Shown: positions 12,010 through 26,057 of the stretch, in pieces
Layout: the number at the start of each line of letters is the position of its first letter
Position numbering within the stretch: position 1 is the stretch's first letter
From: Eledone cirrhosa
Taxonomy: Eukaryota
Assembly (NCBI GenBank): GCA_964016885.1
Contig: OZ024758.1
Span: 10,664,001-10,728,000 of the forward strand
Direction of reading: 5' to 3'
Length of the DNA stretch: 64,000 nucleotides
Notes under the pieces: generated by a model
What the model saw: the letters and a program-made list of their open reading frames with translations, nothing else
Told to the model about the DNA's origin: nothing
Databases searched by the model: none
Position numbers and translations under genes: made by a program

Positions 12010-12549
12010 TATATATATAATGTACATAAATATAGATATTGTAGTTGACAAGTGTGGACTAAACGGGAAATATCTATCATAAAGTCACATTCTATTATAG
12101 TTTATTATACACGACTGTCCCAAACAATACACTAATCATTCGACAGAGGGACAGAAAATGAATGAGAGATAGAGGGAGACTTTGAGAGAGTGTTTCCGGA
12201 ACGAAGCTTTCAAATACATTTCCTTGTATATGTTAGCAATTATCCGCTGAAAAATCAAAGACATTCAAGTAATTAACTCCCTACTTATGCAACTTATTGT
12301 CCTAATGAAATCAAATAAAGAATCTCACAGAATTCAATATTTCTACACACACACACACGCACACGCACACGCACAAAATCTAATGAAATAAATAAGGTTA
12401 ACTTGGTTTCATAATCAGTGATATATACAGGGTTTAGTTAATTATATTTAAAGAAGGTTCAATCCTGCAGTCTAGTTTATTAAGTTTGAACCTGGATCAA
12501 TAACTAGGATCATTTGCACAGCAACAACAGAGACTAACCATTATATACA

Positions 12550-12739
12550 GGGCGGTGGATTGGCAGTATCGGTAGAGGGTTGGACACCATGTTTTCCAGC
12601 ATAGTTACGTCCCTTTACGATCTGAGTTCAAATCCCGCCGAGGTTGGCTTTGCCTTTCATCCTTACGGGGTCGATAAAATAAAGTACCAGTAATGCACTG
12701 GATAATTGCTGGCCTTGTGCCTAAAGTAGAAAAAGTTAT
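12550..12739 (+). mobile_element. S1 SINE, full length
   Basis: Full consensus; TSD TTATATACA (12541-12549 and 12736-12744). Confidence 0.95.
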
Positions 12740-12947
12740 ATACATATATATAGTAAATTTTTTTAAAATTTAAAAAAAAATTTTTCTTATTTTACGTCTT
12801 TTATATTATTGTTCTGCATCCTCCTGCATTGAACCACCTAGGTACTATGACATAACCTGTGTATTTGCTGGCATTAGCGTACATCTGTGCGCTTATGTTA
12901 GTAGATATATTAAATTATCTATATACATATATATATATAGATAAATA

Positions 12948-13046
12948 CAGGGTATCCCAAAAATGTATACATACTTCAACAGCATTCTAATAAATATTCC
13001 CTGTACAAGTAATCAAAGTGTGTATACAGCTTTTTGGGACACGCTA
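12948..13046. mobile_element. Tc1/mariner-type MITE
   Basis: Imperfect terminal inverted repeats CAGGGTATCCCAAAAATGTATACATACTT / AAGTGTGTATACAGCTTTTTGGGACACGCTA with TA at both ends. Confidence 0.75.
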
Positions 13047-13642
13047 TATATACATATATATATACATATATATGTATATATATTTATATATATATATAAG
13101 TATGCTAGCAGCCGACGTGCACGATAGTTATATCTGTATATATACACAGATTTGATAACCGAGATTACACCGATGTATATATAAATATAAACATATTTAA
13201 TTTGTAGTTATGTACAATTGTCATAAAATAAGAATTTCCCTATAAATTGAAAACACCTTAAACGCCTTTAATCGATTTTTGGACCTAATTCAACCTCCGT
13301 CATGAAAATTGGAAGAATTTCTTCATCCATTAAAGTATTTCTATTTTATCATTTGCGGTTAATTCAAGTGATTTTAATAGAATTGCTAACATTATATTAT
13401 GCATAAACTCTTTATAAATATATACCATAAATTCGTATCTCTACAGAAACAGTACAGCATATAAGCAAAATAAACATGTATTGAAGTATTTGAAAATATC
13501 GTCGCGTCAATGCAGATAACTACAATAATAGTTGATAACTATAAATATTAGATGACAACTATATAGAGTTGAATAAATCGAATAAAATCCGCAATTTATA
13601 CAAAAATTGTCAGTAGTTATCTATTATTATTATTATTATTAT

Positions 13643-13828
13643 TGGATTGGTAGTATCGGTAGAGGGTCGGACGCCATGCTTTGACGCATAGAGTCACGGC
13701 CCTTGCCATTCTGAGTTCAAATCCCGCCGAGGTTAACTTTGCCTTTTATCCTTACGGGGTCGATAAAATAAAGTACCAGTAATGCACTGGGTGATTGCTG
13801 GCCTTGTGCCAAAAGTAGAAACATTTAT
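13643..13828 (+). mobile_element. S1 SINE, subfamily B
   Basis: Diagnostic TTGACGCATAGAGTCACGGCCCTTGCCATTC; inserted next to an (ATT)n run. Confidence 0.95.
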
Positions 13829-14270
13829 TATAGTCAACTGCACGGTGGTGACAATATTAAACAATTTTAAAATTTTCTAATGCTTCATACATTACTAAAT
13901 ATTGTCCATATATTGAGTTGTTTTAGCAAGATTAGCGGCGTTTTACTGACAATTTGCTTGACACATCAAAAAAGCCAGCAACCTCATGGACATTTTAAGA
14001 TACGACTAATTGAGCAAGTAGTAGAATTGTAGGATTGGCAAACTAAACACCTTTAAGTGTGTACTCTCCCAATGCATTAAGTTGTATTTCTTGATTGAAT
14101 AAATGTATTTAAGAAATACATTTTAAGTGTAAATAAAGTCACAATGTATTACGACACATCCTAAAGGAATTACATTAAATTGTGACTACGTTTCTTAGTG
14201 CTCTTTTTTTCCTCTTTTCCTCTGATTTACTTGAAGTAAACTTTCTAACTACATCATAGCCATATCTGAG

Positions 14271-14331
<61 letters not shown>

Positions 14332-14521
14332 TGTTACACTTATTCTCCTCATTCTTCAATAAGTAGGATAACATCAGTTACGAGGAGAGGAGAGACTGGC
14401 GTGCATGGGCGACTGCTGGTCTTCGACAAACAACCCTGCTCGGACTTGTACTTCGGAAGGGAACATTCTAGGTGAAAATCGTATGGTCATTCGTGACCAA
14501 AGGGGCTTTTTACCAATTATA

Positions 14522-14663
14522 TATCATTTCATTTTACGTCCGCTTTTCCCTGCTTGCAAGAGTGGGACGGGAACTGATGCTGGCTTGATTTCTACAACTG
14601 GATGCCCTTCCTAACACCAACCTCATTTACAGTGAGTGCTAGGTGATTTTTTGCCGTGGCACC
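14522..14663 (-). mobile_element. 3' part of a second SINE or retro-repeat family
   Basis: CATTTTACGTCCGCTTTTCCCTGCTTGCAAG is the reverse complement of 41940-41972; GGATGCCCTTCCTA recurs at 50591. Confidence 0.65.
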
Positions 14664-14704
14664 TCCACGACCACTTTGCAGTGGATTGATAGGGACCCCA
14701 ATCC

Positions 14705-14840
14705 TATCATCTCATTTCTACAGCTGAGTAAACTGGAGCAATGTGAAATAAAGTGTCTTGCTCAAGGAAACAACACATCACCCGGTCTAAGAATTGAACT
14801 CACAACCTTTCGATTGCAAGGCCAATGCTCTAACCACTAA
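14705..14840 (-). mobile_element. tRNA-derived SINE head (different family from S1)
   Basis: Minus strand TTAGTGGTTAGAGCATTGG...GAGTTCAATTC (A/B boxes) followed by TTCCTTGAGCAAGACACTTTA, a common SINE central motif. Confidence 0.75.
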
Positions 14841-15328
14841 ATAATCGTCTATAGTAAACTAAAACTCAGATAAATGTGAGAATACTAAATTGTGTTCGAA
14901 CATGTGATAAATCAAATGTAATTTAACGAGTGGGAAATGCGACTAGCACGAACAGACGAGATAGGATATAGACGGGCGAAAGAAACCTGGCAATGTGACA
15001 AACACAACAATAACAACAACTCCTCCGATCCTAACCTGATTCCTTCTACTGTGATGGATTGGTTGAATTGATGGAAACTCGGATGAGATGCCGTGTAATA
15101 GTTTTTCAACTATTTGCTGCTAGACGTAATACGTCACACGGTTTAACGCCATAGCTTGACAATAAGGCCACAACCTTTAACGGTTTCATGTTCCCAGTTT
15201 GAGTATATATTCTTACATCCTCTCTATCCATAATTGAATTTTTGTTTACATTAAATATGGATATAATGACTCTATCGAAGGATGCACTCGAAATCAATGC
15301 TTTATGATTCAATATATGTCTGCCATAA

Positions 15329-15452
15329 GGCGTTGATGTGGCAGAATTGTTAGAAGGACAGATATAATATTAATAGTATTCATTTCTGCTCTCCACACTC
15401 TTCTTAGTTCAAATTTTGCCCTCGTCATTTACGAGGTCGATAAATAAAGTAC
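15329..15452 (+). mobile_element. Old S1-related SINE relic
   Basis: TGGCAGAATTGTTAG...AGTTCAAAT...GAGGTCGATAAATAAAGTAC. Confidence 0.6.
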
Positions 15453-15593
15453 GTAAGTGAATCCGTCCTTATGTCTATCACTCGCTTTCTCCCTATTTCC
15501 CGAAAAGAAATCAGTTGTGTTGAGACGAGGAGAACGATGGCTTTACCAGAAATGAATGAACAAATGCTCAAAACACGCCGCCATGAAGAGTTA

Positions 15594-15668
15594 AGGGACA
15601 GATAGATGTCTGATGAGATTGATGTCTGATGAGATTGATGTCTGAAGGGACAGATAGATGTCTGATAG
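15594..15668 (+). repeat. Short tandem duplication of GATGTCTGA-containing units
   Basis: GGGACAGATAGATGTCTGAT twice, with GAGATTGATGTCTGA twice between them. Confidence 0.85.
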
Positions 15669-15952
15669 TTGCGTGTGACAACCATCTGTACTTGGAAGGT
15701 AGAGTGAAGAGTAATATCAGCTGCATAGTTAACTGTAACATCAAGTAGGTCAGTAATAATCAATGAAGAACTCATAGGTACAGCATATATGTAACTGAAG
15801 TGTGTAGCTGTAGTTATTGAATTATTGTTTGAAAAGTGAAATTTTACAGTAGAAATATGTCTACAAGTTAAAAAAAGAAACTTGATAGTTTAAACTTATA
15901 TATGCAATTGCAAATGAAACACAACTACACACAAACACATACACACACACAC

Positions 15953-16007
<55 letters not shown>

Positions 16008-16349
16008 CACATCACATTAGAAGCAAATATATATACATGAAAAGGCATATATAGATTTACATATAGACAGACGGGCGTATATACATACATCAATATACAG
16101 TCCCCCACCCCATATATGTATATATATATATATATAGTGATGCACACATAGAAAGCTATACATGGACATATATATATATATATATTCACACAGTTCAAGA
16201 GTAACCAATCTTAAAGAGAGATATGGAGATAGGAGAGGAGATATGAGAGGAGAGATTGGTGAATTAGTTAGAAGCCAAACTAAAATATGTTGACAATCTT
16301 TTAATAATATCTTCCTTGTGAAAGTTGTGGTCTTGCTTTGCTTAACTAA

Positions 16350-16408
<59 letters not shown>

Positions 16409-17469
16409 CCCCACATACTTATAAATACACACTCACACATATATACATACATACACATACTTATATACAAACTTTATTGAGGTAATAAACTTAAAATTAG
16501 ACATTTAATAGTCTACAATGAACGACGATTCAACATGTAACCAATTCTATGACTTTATGACTATATATATTAAATATACGAAAGTTTAAATCCCAAATAC
16601 AAAAACCTAAAGATAGTATTGATTATTTCCAACTTAACTTGTGCTGGCACCTAGATATTTCGGTGAAAATTCCCTTCTTCAATCACAGCTGAACATATTG
16701 AAAAAGTATATATATAGCAGTTGGGAATGTCACGAATAGTTCGTATATAAACTCCTATAAAAAGGATAAAAACTATGTTGTATTAGGGGTTATGATTTTA
16801 TGGGATTTAAACAAATGCTAGGAACGTTTCCCTTATATAGCAAAGTAAAACGTTATGGATTATGTAAATCATATTACTTCCCAGTTATTTGAGGTATGTA
16901 TATACACATGTGTACACACAACTAAAGATATATATATTTATATTTCGTTGTATATGCATTCACATAAACACACACACACAAGTACATGTATAGATGCATA
17001 CATACATATATCAAACGTGTGTGTGTGTGTGTAAATGCATATATAAACATTTACATACATATATACATACATGTATACGTACATATATACGTACACGTTC
17101 ACAGATATAAATGCATTAAAATATTTATTAAAAATTTTGTTTGGAAAATGGAAAAAACAAACATAGCTTGTTGAAAATATTTTATCATAGGAAAATCCAA
17201 AATTATAGATAAAGTGTAGGTGTTTAATAAAACTTATAATAGATGAGAGAAAAAAATAGAGAAAAATATATATTTTCCCAGCCGAGTAAAGATAAAAATT
17301 AGATTAGACATTGAGAAATTGTAAATATGTTTACATCAGATATATTATGGCAGCATGATATCATTAAATTGTTGTGTCAGATGACAGTTTTTGAAATATT
17401 TAAAATATATAAATATATGTAATATTAGCGATTGATAACGTATCGAGAGATAGATCTAAAAGAGGGAAA

Positions 17470-17532
<63 letters not shown>

Positions 17533-19082
17533 TTTATAAATATGATAAAACTATATCTGTATAAATACAGAGTGTATAACTGGGACTGCACCATCGTGTA
17601 TAAATATATACACGTATCTAATATGTAGACATGGAAACATGCCAGAAAATACGAATTTCCCTGTAAATTGAAAAAAATGATAAACATCTTTCGAATGTTG
17701 GATCTAATTGGACTCTCATCTGAAGACGTATATCGTCAAATCAAAACACGAGAAAAAGACACACACACACACACTCACACACACACACATATATACATAT
17801 ATATGTATATGTGCGTGTGTGTGTATATATATAACTGTTTTCAGAAAAGGAAGGTAGGGGCAAATACCTCAGTTAATTCTGGTACTCAAACAAAAGAGAA
17901 ATAAAAATGCAGAACAACTCTGTAGAACCCCCCCCCCCCCCCCCCCCCCCTTTAACAAAACTCACAAAATATTTTAGTGACTCTTTGGCTTTGTACGAAC
18001 CAAGGTAGAAGACTATTGGAATAAATATCTAAACTCATTTCCTGATATGGAAGTTTACAAACACTTAGCTACATTCTGTGTATTCTCCATGAAAATAATT
18101 GATTTAGAAATAGATATCACTTGATTATAAACGATTTGTAGGGAGGTAATTAATTCGAAATCTTGAGCGAGGTAATCTTTGATCTGTTATTTAAAATAGA
18201 AGCTTAAGAATGTCATGAATCATGTGAGAAAGACCTGTCAGACTTTACCAACGAACTGTATAGGAACCAGATTCTTGTTCATGAACCCCTAAAATACCTT
18301 AGTGAACTGTTTACATTTGTACTAACGTAGGTTGGAGACCACTTGGTATAAATAATGCGAAATAAACAGTTTAGAACAATTTAGCAAATTACGCAAATAA
18401 CAAGAAAACGTAGGACGACTATTTCTTGTTGTTATGTTTGGTTGTAAAACGTAGAAAAAAATGTCACGTCTCTCTTTATCTTCACTCAGCAGTAGCAAGA
18501 TGAGGTAATTCTTAATTATGTTTAACGGCATGCCTGATAATTGTTATGTCATTTAATAAAGGAAATTTGTTTTGATGATGAAAGGAAATAATACTTTTAA
18601 TCGATTTCACTATTTTTATATTCTTCTCAAAATAAAATCTGAAAATGCTTAATTGCCATAATTACTGATTACTGATTTTAATTAGTGATTAAAATTCTTG
18701 TTCAAATATTAATAAGATTCCATCCCTCGTCCGATTATATGATTAAATCCATTCCATATGGAATGGATTTAAAAGAATAATAACAACGTAGAAGATAATT
18801 CCGAAACTAAAATTTTCCCGAGCCTTTTTTTCTCCCTGCCTACAGCACTTCATCACCTGTCCATCCTCCCCCTCCTCCTCCGCCTCCTCCTACTTATCAT
18901 CATCATCCTCTCACCATCTCCTCCTTCTCCTTGTCACCAACATCATCATCATCATCATCTCACCGCCTCCCCCACCACCTCTCTCTAATGTGTAAGATGC
19001 TGTAGCCAGCCTACTGCATAACGTGTCATTACTTTATGTTAGTGGTTTATTAAGGTAAACCCGGTGCATTATCAGCTTTTAT

Positions 19083-19275
19083 GGGCGATGGATTGGCAGT
19101 ATCGGTAGAGGGTCGGACGCCATGCTTTCCAGCATAGAGTTACGGCCCTTTCCATTCTGAGTTCAAATCCCGCCAAGGTTAACTTTGTCTTTCATCCTTA
19201 CGGGGGTCGATAAAATAAAGTACCAGTAATACACTGGGTAATTGCTGGCCTTGTGCCAAAAGTAGAAACAATTAT
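19083..19275 (+). mobile_element. S1 SINE, full length
   Basis: TSD TTAT(C/T)AGCTTTTATGG. Confidence 0.95.
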
Positions 19276-19631
19276 TAGCTTTTATGGCAACGGTCTCTTC
19301 TGAAATCTTAACAGCTTAGTGAAGAAATTCAGTGCTAAACCTGTTTTCAGTTTTATTTCTCATATTCTATTGTTGACATCAAAAGCAGTAATTATATTAT
19401 ATTCTACAAACGCCACTATTAGAATGCAATTTAAATTTTCTCAGACTAGACTTTTTTTTATCGATGATTAAAAGATTGTTTTAAAACTGAAATTACAGTT
19501 ATTGATGTTTAGATCCAAATCAGCAGTATTAATAATAGGACCATGTAGTCTCAGGATCGACTAAATGCACCAGAGTGGTGCCCCAGCATACCTGTAATCA
19601 GGTAGATGACTAAAATGTCTAAAACAGTGTA

Positions 19632-19664
<33 letters not shown>

Positions 19665-19666
<2 letters not shown>

Positions 19667-19808
19667 AACCAGTAAGACCCCGACAGCTGAGCTCGGCTTG
19701 AGCTCAGCTGTCGGGGTCTTACTGGTTCCTATTACCTACTCTACTACCTCAAGTATTGAGTACTTTGGTGCGTTATGGTCCACCTGGTTCCTTACCACAT
19801 TTCCTTCG

Positions 19809-19810
<2 letters not shown>
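19665..19810 (+). mobile_element. P1 TA-targeted fold-back element (short hairpin)
   Basis: Perfect ~30-bp arms with a GGCTT loop; fixed tail ending CATTTCCTTCGTT; (TA)n flanks. Confidence 0.9.
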
Positions 19811-19857
<47 letters not shown>

Positions 19858-19940
19858 GCATATATATAGGCAGTAGCACAAAGACAGAGTTTAAGCATGA
19901 TAGAGATGTATAAGTATACGTTACACGTTTATATATATAT

Positions 19941-20132
19941 AACGAAGGAAATGTGGTAAGGAACCAGATGGACCATAACGCACCAAATTACTCAATACTT
20001 AGGGTAGTAGAGTGGGTAATAGGAACGAGTAGGACCCCGACGGCTGAGCTCAAGCTAATTCTGGACTAATTCTGAGTCCAGAATTAGCCGTCGAAACGGC
20101 TTGAGCTCAGCCGTCGGGGTCCTACTCGTTCC
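19941..20132 (-). mobile_element. P1 TA-targeted fold-back element, inverted relative to the 19665 copy
   Basis: AACGAAGGAAATGTGGTAAGGAACC start; nested hairpin 20019-20135; (TA)n flanks. Confidence 0.9.
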
Positions 20133-20158
20133 TATATATATATATATATATATATATT

Positions 20159-20232
<74 letters not shown>

Positions 20233-21602
20233 CATGCACACATACACACGCACATGCACACACACACGCATATATATATATATGCATATGCATAATACAG
20301 ATGGTCACGAACGGAAGTCTTTCATCATAGGTCTCCTCAATTAGGTTTGACTTGGGGGTTAAACAACTATAACAAGAAATCCTCCGCCTCAATAATTCTC
20401 ATCCTTTCTCTTGTCATTTGATCCCTCAGCTTGATATATTTTACCACTTACTCCATTACACACTTGCAAAGTTATACACCAAACAATCATTATACACGAA
20501 AGCTCATGTCATTGTTAAAATACGACACGCAAGACAAGATGTTAGCGATCACAAACACACAGACAGACACATACACACATATAGACACATACACACTGAC
20601 GTACATATTTATATTCACTCTGGACTCGCCTACATACACGCAATGGCTAAAACCTTACTGACAAACGCAGAGGTATATATAAACATATATATAGAGATAT
20701 TGCTGTCAGTTTATTCAATACCAACAATTAAAAGCCAACCAAGGTGTCAAAGCAATTACATATGTGTTAATTGAATAGTGGGGGTGTTTAAATAAATGTA
20801 ATCCTTTCATACAAGAATTCAATATAGAAATGTAGCGCATCGAAAGATATTTCTTTCTTTAGAAGTCACGCAAATCCTCTATTAATGTTGTGATAGATAT
20901 AGAAATGAACAGATCATACAATTATTATGGTCAGTTGTGATGTTAGTAACATAAAATAACTTGTAGTTCGTATGAATAGAAAACGGTTCGACTCCCCAGA
21001 AACTTAGAAAGATTGCTGGATAAACGGATACATAATTGTTTAATTTGATTGTGAATAACAGTACATTACACAGCTAGAGTTTAGATATAAAGGTCAAAGT
21101 ATACTTATTGAAAAATATTGAGATGTTAGAAATATTTACTCAGTTAATAAGGTAATTATTTTAATTGTGTCCAGCGAAAGTTTCAGCGACCCATTATTAT
21201 GCATTTTAGATTTTTTGTAGGTGGCGCTTATCCATTTTAAAAGTTCTGAAAATAATTTCCAACAAAATTTATACCAGAAAAATATTTCTAATAAGATTCA
21301 CGTTGACATCAAATTCGAAGATAATATAGCTTTGTATTTCCACTGGATAAAACTAAGTTTAGGGCCGAAACACTCACTTTAGGAGGTTGCTTCTACTCTA
21401 AAGATCTCCTGCTCTCCACTTCTCCTGAAAGTTTCTTACTACTCTGTACATCGCTAGAAATAGGAAACACTGAAAGAATGCGGCGCTCATCTGATCTCCG
21501 AGATTTCATTAGTAATGAAAATAACTACAATTGGTTTAAAACGGGAATAGGAGTCGGCTTGAGAACTTGACACAGAGATGAACCATGAAGACTTGCTCTT
21601 AA

Positions 21603-21659
<57 letters not shown>

Positions 21660-22022
21660 CACATATACACATATACACATATATATATATATATATATAT
21701 ATTTATTTCTAAAGAAAGCAGATGTAATGAATAAAGTGTTTGTAGAAATAGTTCATTGTCTGGCAAGTAAACACTGAGAACCAAAGTAAATAGAAATGAA
21801 ATTTCACACAACCTCTCTTCGCTTTAGATTCAATTTACGCAAAGTTATCAGCCAATTGACATGGAAGGCAAATAGCAAAATTTCCAATGCAAGTTGATGT
21901 GCGTCAGTCTGTGAATAGAATAAACTACCGCATACAAACGCGTGTACTTGCATATACACGTGTATATAGGTAAACACGTACATGAACACAATACAACACA
22001 TTTATGTAAGTATATATATCCC

Positions 22023-22063
<41 letters not shown>

Positions 22064-22065
<2 letters not shown>

Positions 22066-22253
22066 AACAAGTAAGACCCCGACGGCTGAGCTCAAGCCGT
22101 TTCGACGGCTAATTCAGTACAGAATTAGCCGTCGAAACGGCTTGAGCTCAGCCGTCGGGGTCTTACTTGTTCCTATTACCCACTCTACTACCCTAAGTAT
22201 TGAGTACTTTGGTGCGTTATGGTCCACCTGGTTCCTTACCACATTTCCTTCGT

Positions 22254-22254
<1 letters not shown>
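22064..22254 (+). mobile_element. P1 TA-targeted fold-back element (longest hairpin)
   Basis: Perfect ~52-bp arms with an AGTACA loop; fixed tail; (TA)n flanks. Confidence 0.9.
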
Positions 22255-22320
<66 letters not shown>

Positions 22321-22575
22321 ATGCTTATGTGTATGGACGGTTGTTTATACGTATATATATATATAAATACATGCGTGAATGTATGTATACATCTATCTAT
22401 ACATAGCCATACATATATTAACATCGCCGTCGGCTTTCCCCTTGTATGGAGGATGAGATTGTCCACTGTTTGAATGTATGTGTCAAGTGTAAACGTAGCT
22501 ATGTATGTGTATATACACACAGTCATACACACAACGAGGAGTGAGCAAAATACCCACTCTAAAATATATACATAC

Positions 22576-22619
<44 letters not shown>

Positions 22620-22638
22620 ATATATACATATATGTATA

Positions 22639-22671
<33 letters not shown>

Positions 22672-23056
22672 ATCATATGTATATATGTATAACTTACACA
22701 CACACACACATATATATATACGACATGTTATAAAATACACACGTACGCACAAATACAGACAAGCTAACACATACACACACTCTGAATTATATATGTATTT
22801 CCTCCAAACTCGATTTCTACTATCCAAATATAAACAGACGCAGCTATATACTTATATACACGCTTATATACACATATGTAACAATACCCACTATATAATT
22901 AAAATATATATAACTATGCATAAACGTTTAGACACGATATAATATAAACCAATAATTGAGTTTTCTGATCAGACCAAATATTATTTACGCTATGGCATGT
23001 TAACAATTCTGGCTGAACTGGAGTCAATAATGTAAAGCCTGTACAGTTAATACATG

Positions 23057-23106
<50 letters not shown>

Positions 23107-23544
23107 TGCAAATACCAATTAAAATTTACATTGAAAAATTATTTTTTAAATTGAAAACTCGTATCTCAGCCAAGGAGATACAAAAGTCAATATTTGTTAT
23201 ATTTTTCTGAGCATATGAAATATCGCTCAGTCGGCGGCTAAATAAAACAGTTTATCTCATGTGAAGTGGTGGCGGAATCTTAGAATATTTAATCGTTGTA
23301 ATGAGGTGGAGGGTTTCTTATAAGTAGCAGAAACGCATCTGGTCTCCCCCACTAGTTCCTGCTCCTTACTTGTAAGGGGTTGTAACGTTAAAGTTGTAAC
23401 TTAAGATTTGCTCCTTTCTGGACCATCTCTGTATCTAGCCAATTTCAATAATATTTGTATATAAATAGTTGTGTCTCTGTTTACATGTATATATGTATAT
23501 AAATATATACCTACGTATGTATACGTGCACACACACACACACAC

Positions 23545-23594
<50 letters not shown>

Positions 23595-24437
23595 ATATAT
23601 TTACATACGTATATATTTACGTATGTTTGTGTTTTTCCATACATTAATTCCGTTCGCCACACAAATCAAATTACTATCGCCATTACCATCCCCAATACAA
23701 CACCCTACCATCTCCCACAACACAAACTACCACCCAACACAATCACCAGACTCTCCCACTCCTCCCCTCTACATAATGAAATGTTTTGACTCTTGTTATG
23801 GCAACAACAGTCTGTGAAATAATTCATTTATTAGTTAAATTCCACCTAAAACATAGGGCTTCTGCTTACTCCGGTATGAGACTATAAATAAAATGTTTGA
23901 TTATAAAAAAAATGTTAGAAATATTTTAGCGTATTTCGGTATCTAATAAGTAAAATTACGCCCGATGATTTTGCATTGATAGGTTTATTGATTTTTCTGA
24001 ATGCTATATTCGATCTTCTTTACTGTGAATATTGGCGTATGTGTATTTTAAGGATGTTGCAATTAACTAATCTTGTATGACTGATTATCTCAAGCTCAGT
24101 TCTAATTGAGAAGTCGTATAATCAAAGACCTACCGCTCTGACCATACTATATGTGTATGTATATGTATGTATGTATATGTATGTATGTATGTGTGTGTGT
24201 ATATGTATGTGTGTATGTGTATGTCAAACTATATTTTACATGTTCTTATTCAATCCGATAGGATTGAATTAAACTTGACTGTTATTTCTGTTATGTCACA
24301 TGACTATGCAGAGGCCTCCATCAATTTACACCAGGATGAGTGCATTCTGGATGAGTGCATTTTGGTTAGGGCGAATATTTATGCATATTGAGGACTGAAA
24401 TTGGAACCTGTTCGCATATCGCGCAACGTTCCATTAA

Positions 24438-24625
24438 ATAATTGTTTCTACCTTAGCACAAGGCCAGCAATTACCCAGTGCATTACTGGTACTTTATGTT
24501 ATCGACCCCGTAAGGATGGAAAGCAAAGTCAACCTCGGCGGGATTTGAACTCAGATCGTAAAGGGACGTAACTATGCTGGAAAGCATGGCGTCCGTCCCT
24601 CTACCGATACTGCCAATCCACCGCC
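24438..24625 (-). mobile_element. S1 SINE, full length
   Basis: 19-bp TSD CAACGTTCCATTAAATAAT; extra TGCCAATC duplicated at the 5' junction. Confidence 0.95.
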
Positions 24626-24874
24626 GTTGCCAATCCAACGTTCCATTAAATAATATCTGTTAGATCTGGTAAAACATTGGCGAAGAACAATCTATAAAGT
24701 AACAAAGCGATAAAGCAAATACCTCCACCCCCATCCCAACTAAAGAGAACAAGAACATTTAAAAAACACAATTCTAAACACTTCTAGAGATGCTTTTCAT
24801 AGACAATAATTTTAAAAGTTAAACACATTTTCAATCGTTAAATGTAATTTCTAATAGACATCCTTATATCTGTT

Positions 24875-25408
<534 letters not shown>

Positions 25409-25917
25409 CAACAAAATCATAGACACATATATAGAGACTGAGATGGGGAGAAATATTTAGATGAGACATGTTTTGAAATAAACCAAGAGAAAGAAGATAA
25501 AGAAAGAATAGATATGAAGAGAGAAAGGAAGTAAAGAAATAACAGCTATAATTCATTGAAATATAACTATATGAGTGGTATATCTACACGATTTATTGAT
25601 TTTAATAGCAAATGGCCTTTCACTTGCAGAAGGAAAAAAGCATTAACGAAAGATTGTAACAATGTTAGGAATTCACCTATATAAAGATGTAAATGAAATA
25701 TATACAAATATACGAACAACGACAACGACAGAGAAAAGACGGAATATTTTTTGAAAAAATTTAATGAAAATATAGAAACATAAATATACACGTGACAGTA
25801 TCTTATAGAAAATAGATTTTATTATAAATTTGCAGATTCTGAAGCAGACGGAAAACTTTTTAAGTCATATCTATTTATTAATTTTGTAAATATCGACACT
25901 CCTTACATCTCTATATC

Positions 25918-26057
<140 letters not shown>

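Noticed and set aside
15609-15655. Repeated CTGATGA as a hammerhead core
   Set aside because: Part of a short tandem repeat, with no stem II or GAAA
17927-17950. Poly-C run (G-quadruplex-prone on the minus strand)
   Set aside because: Simple homopolymer with no associated structure
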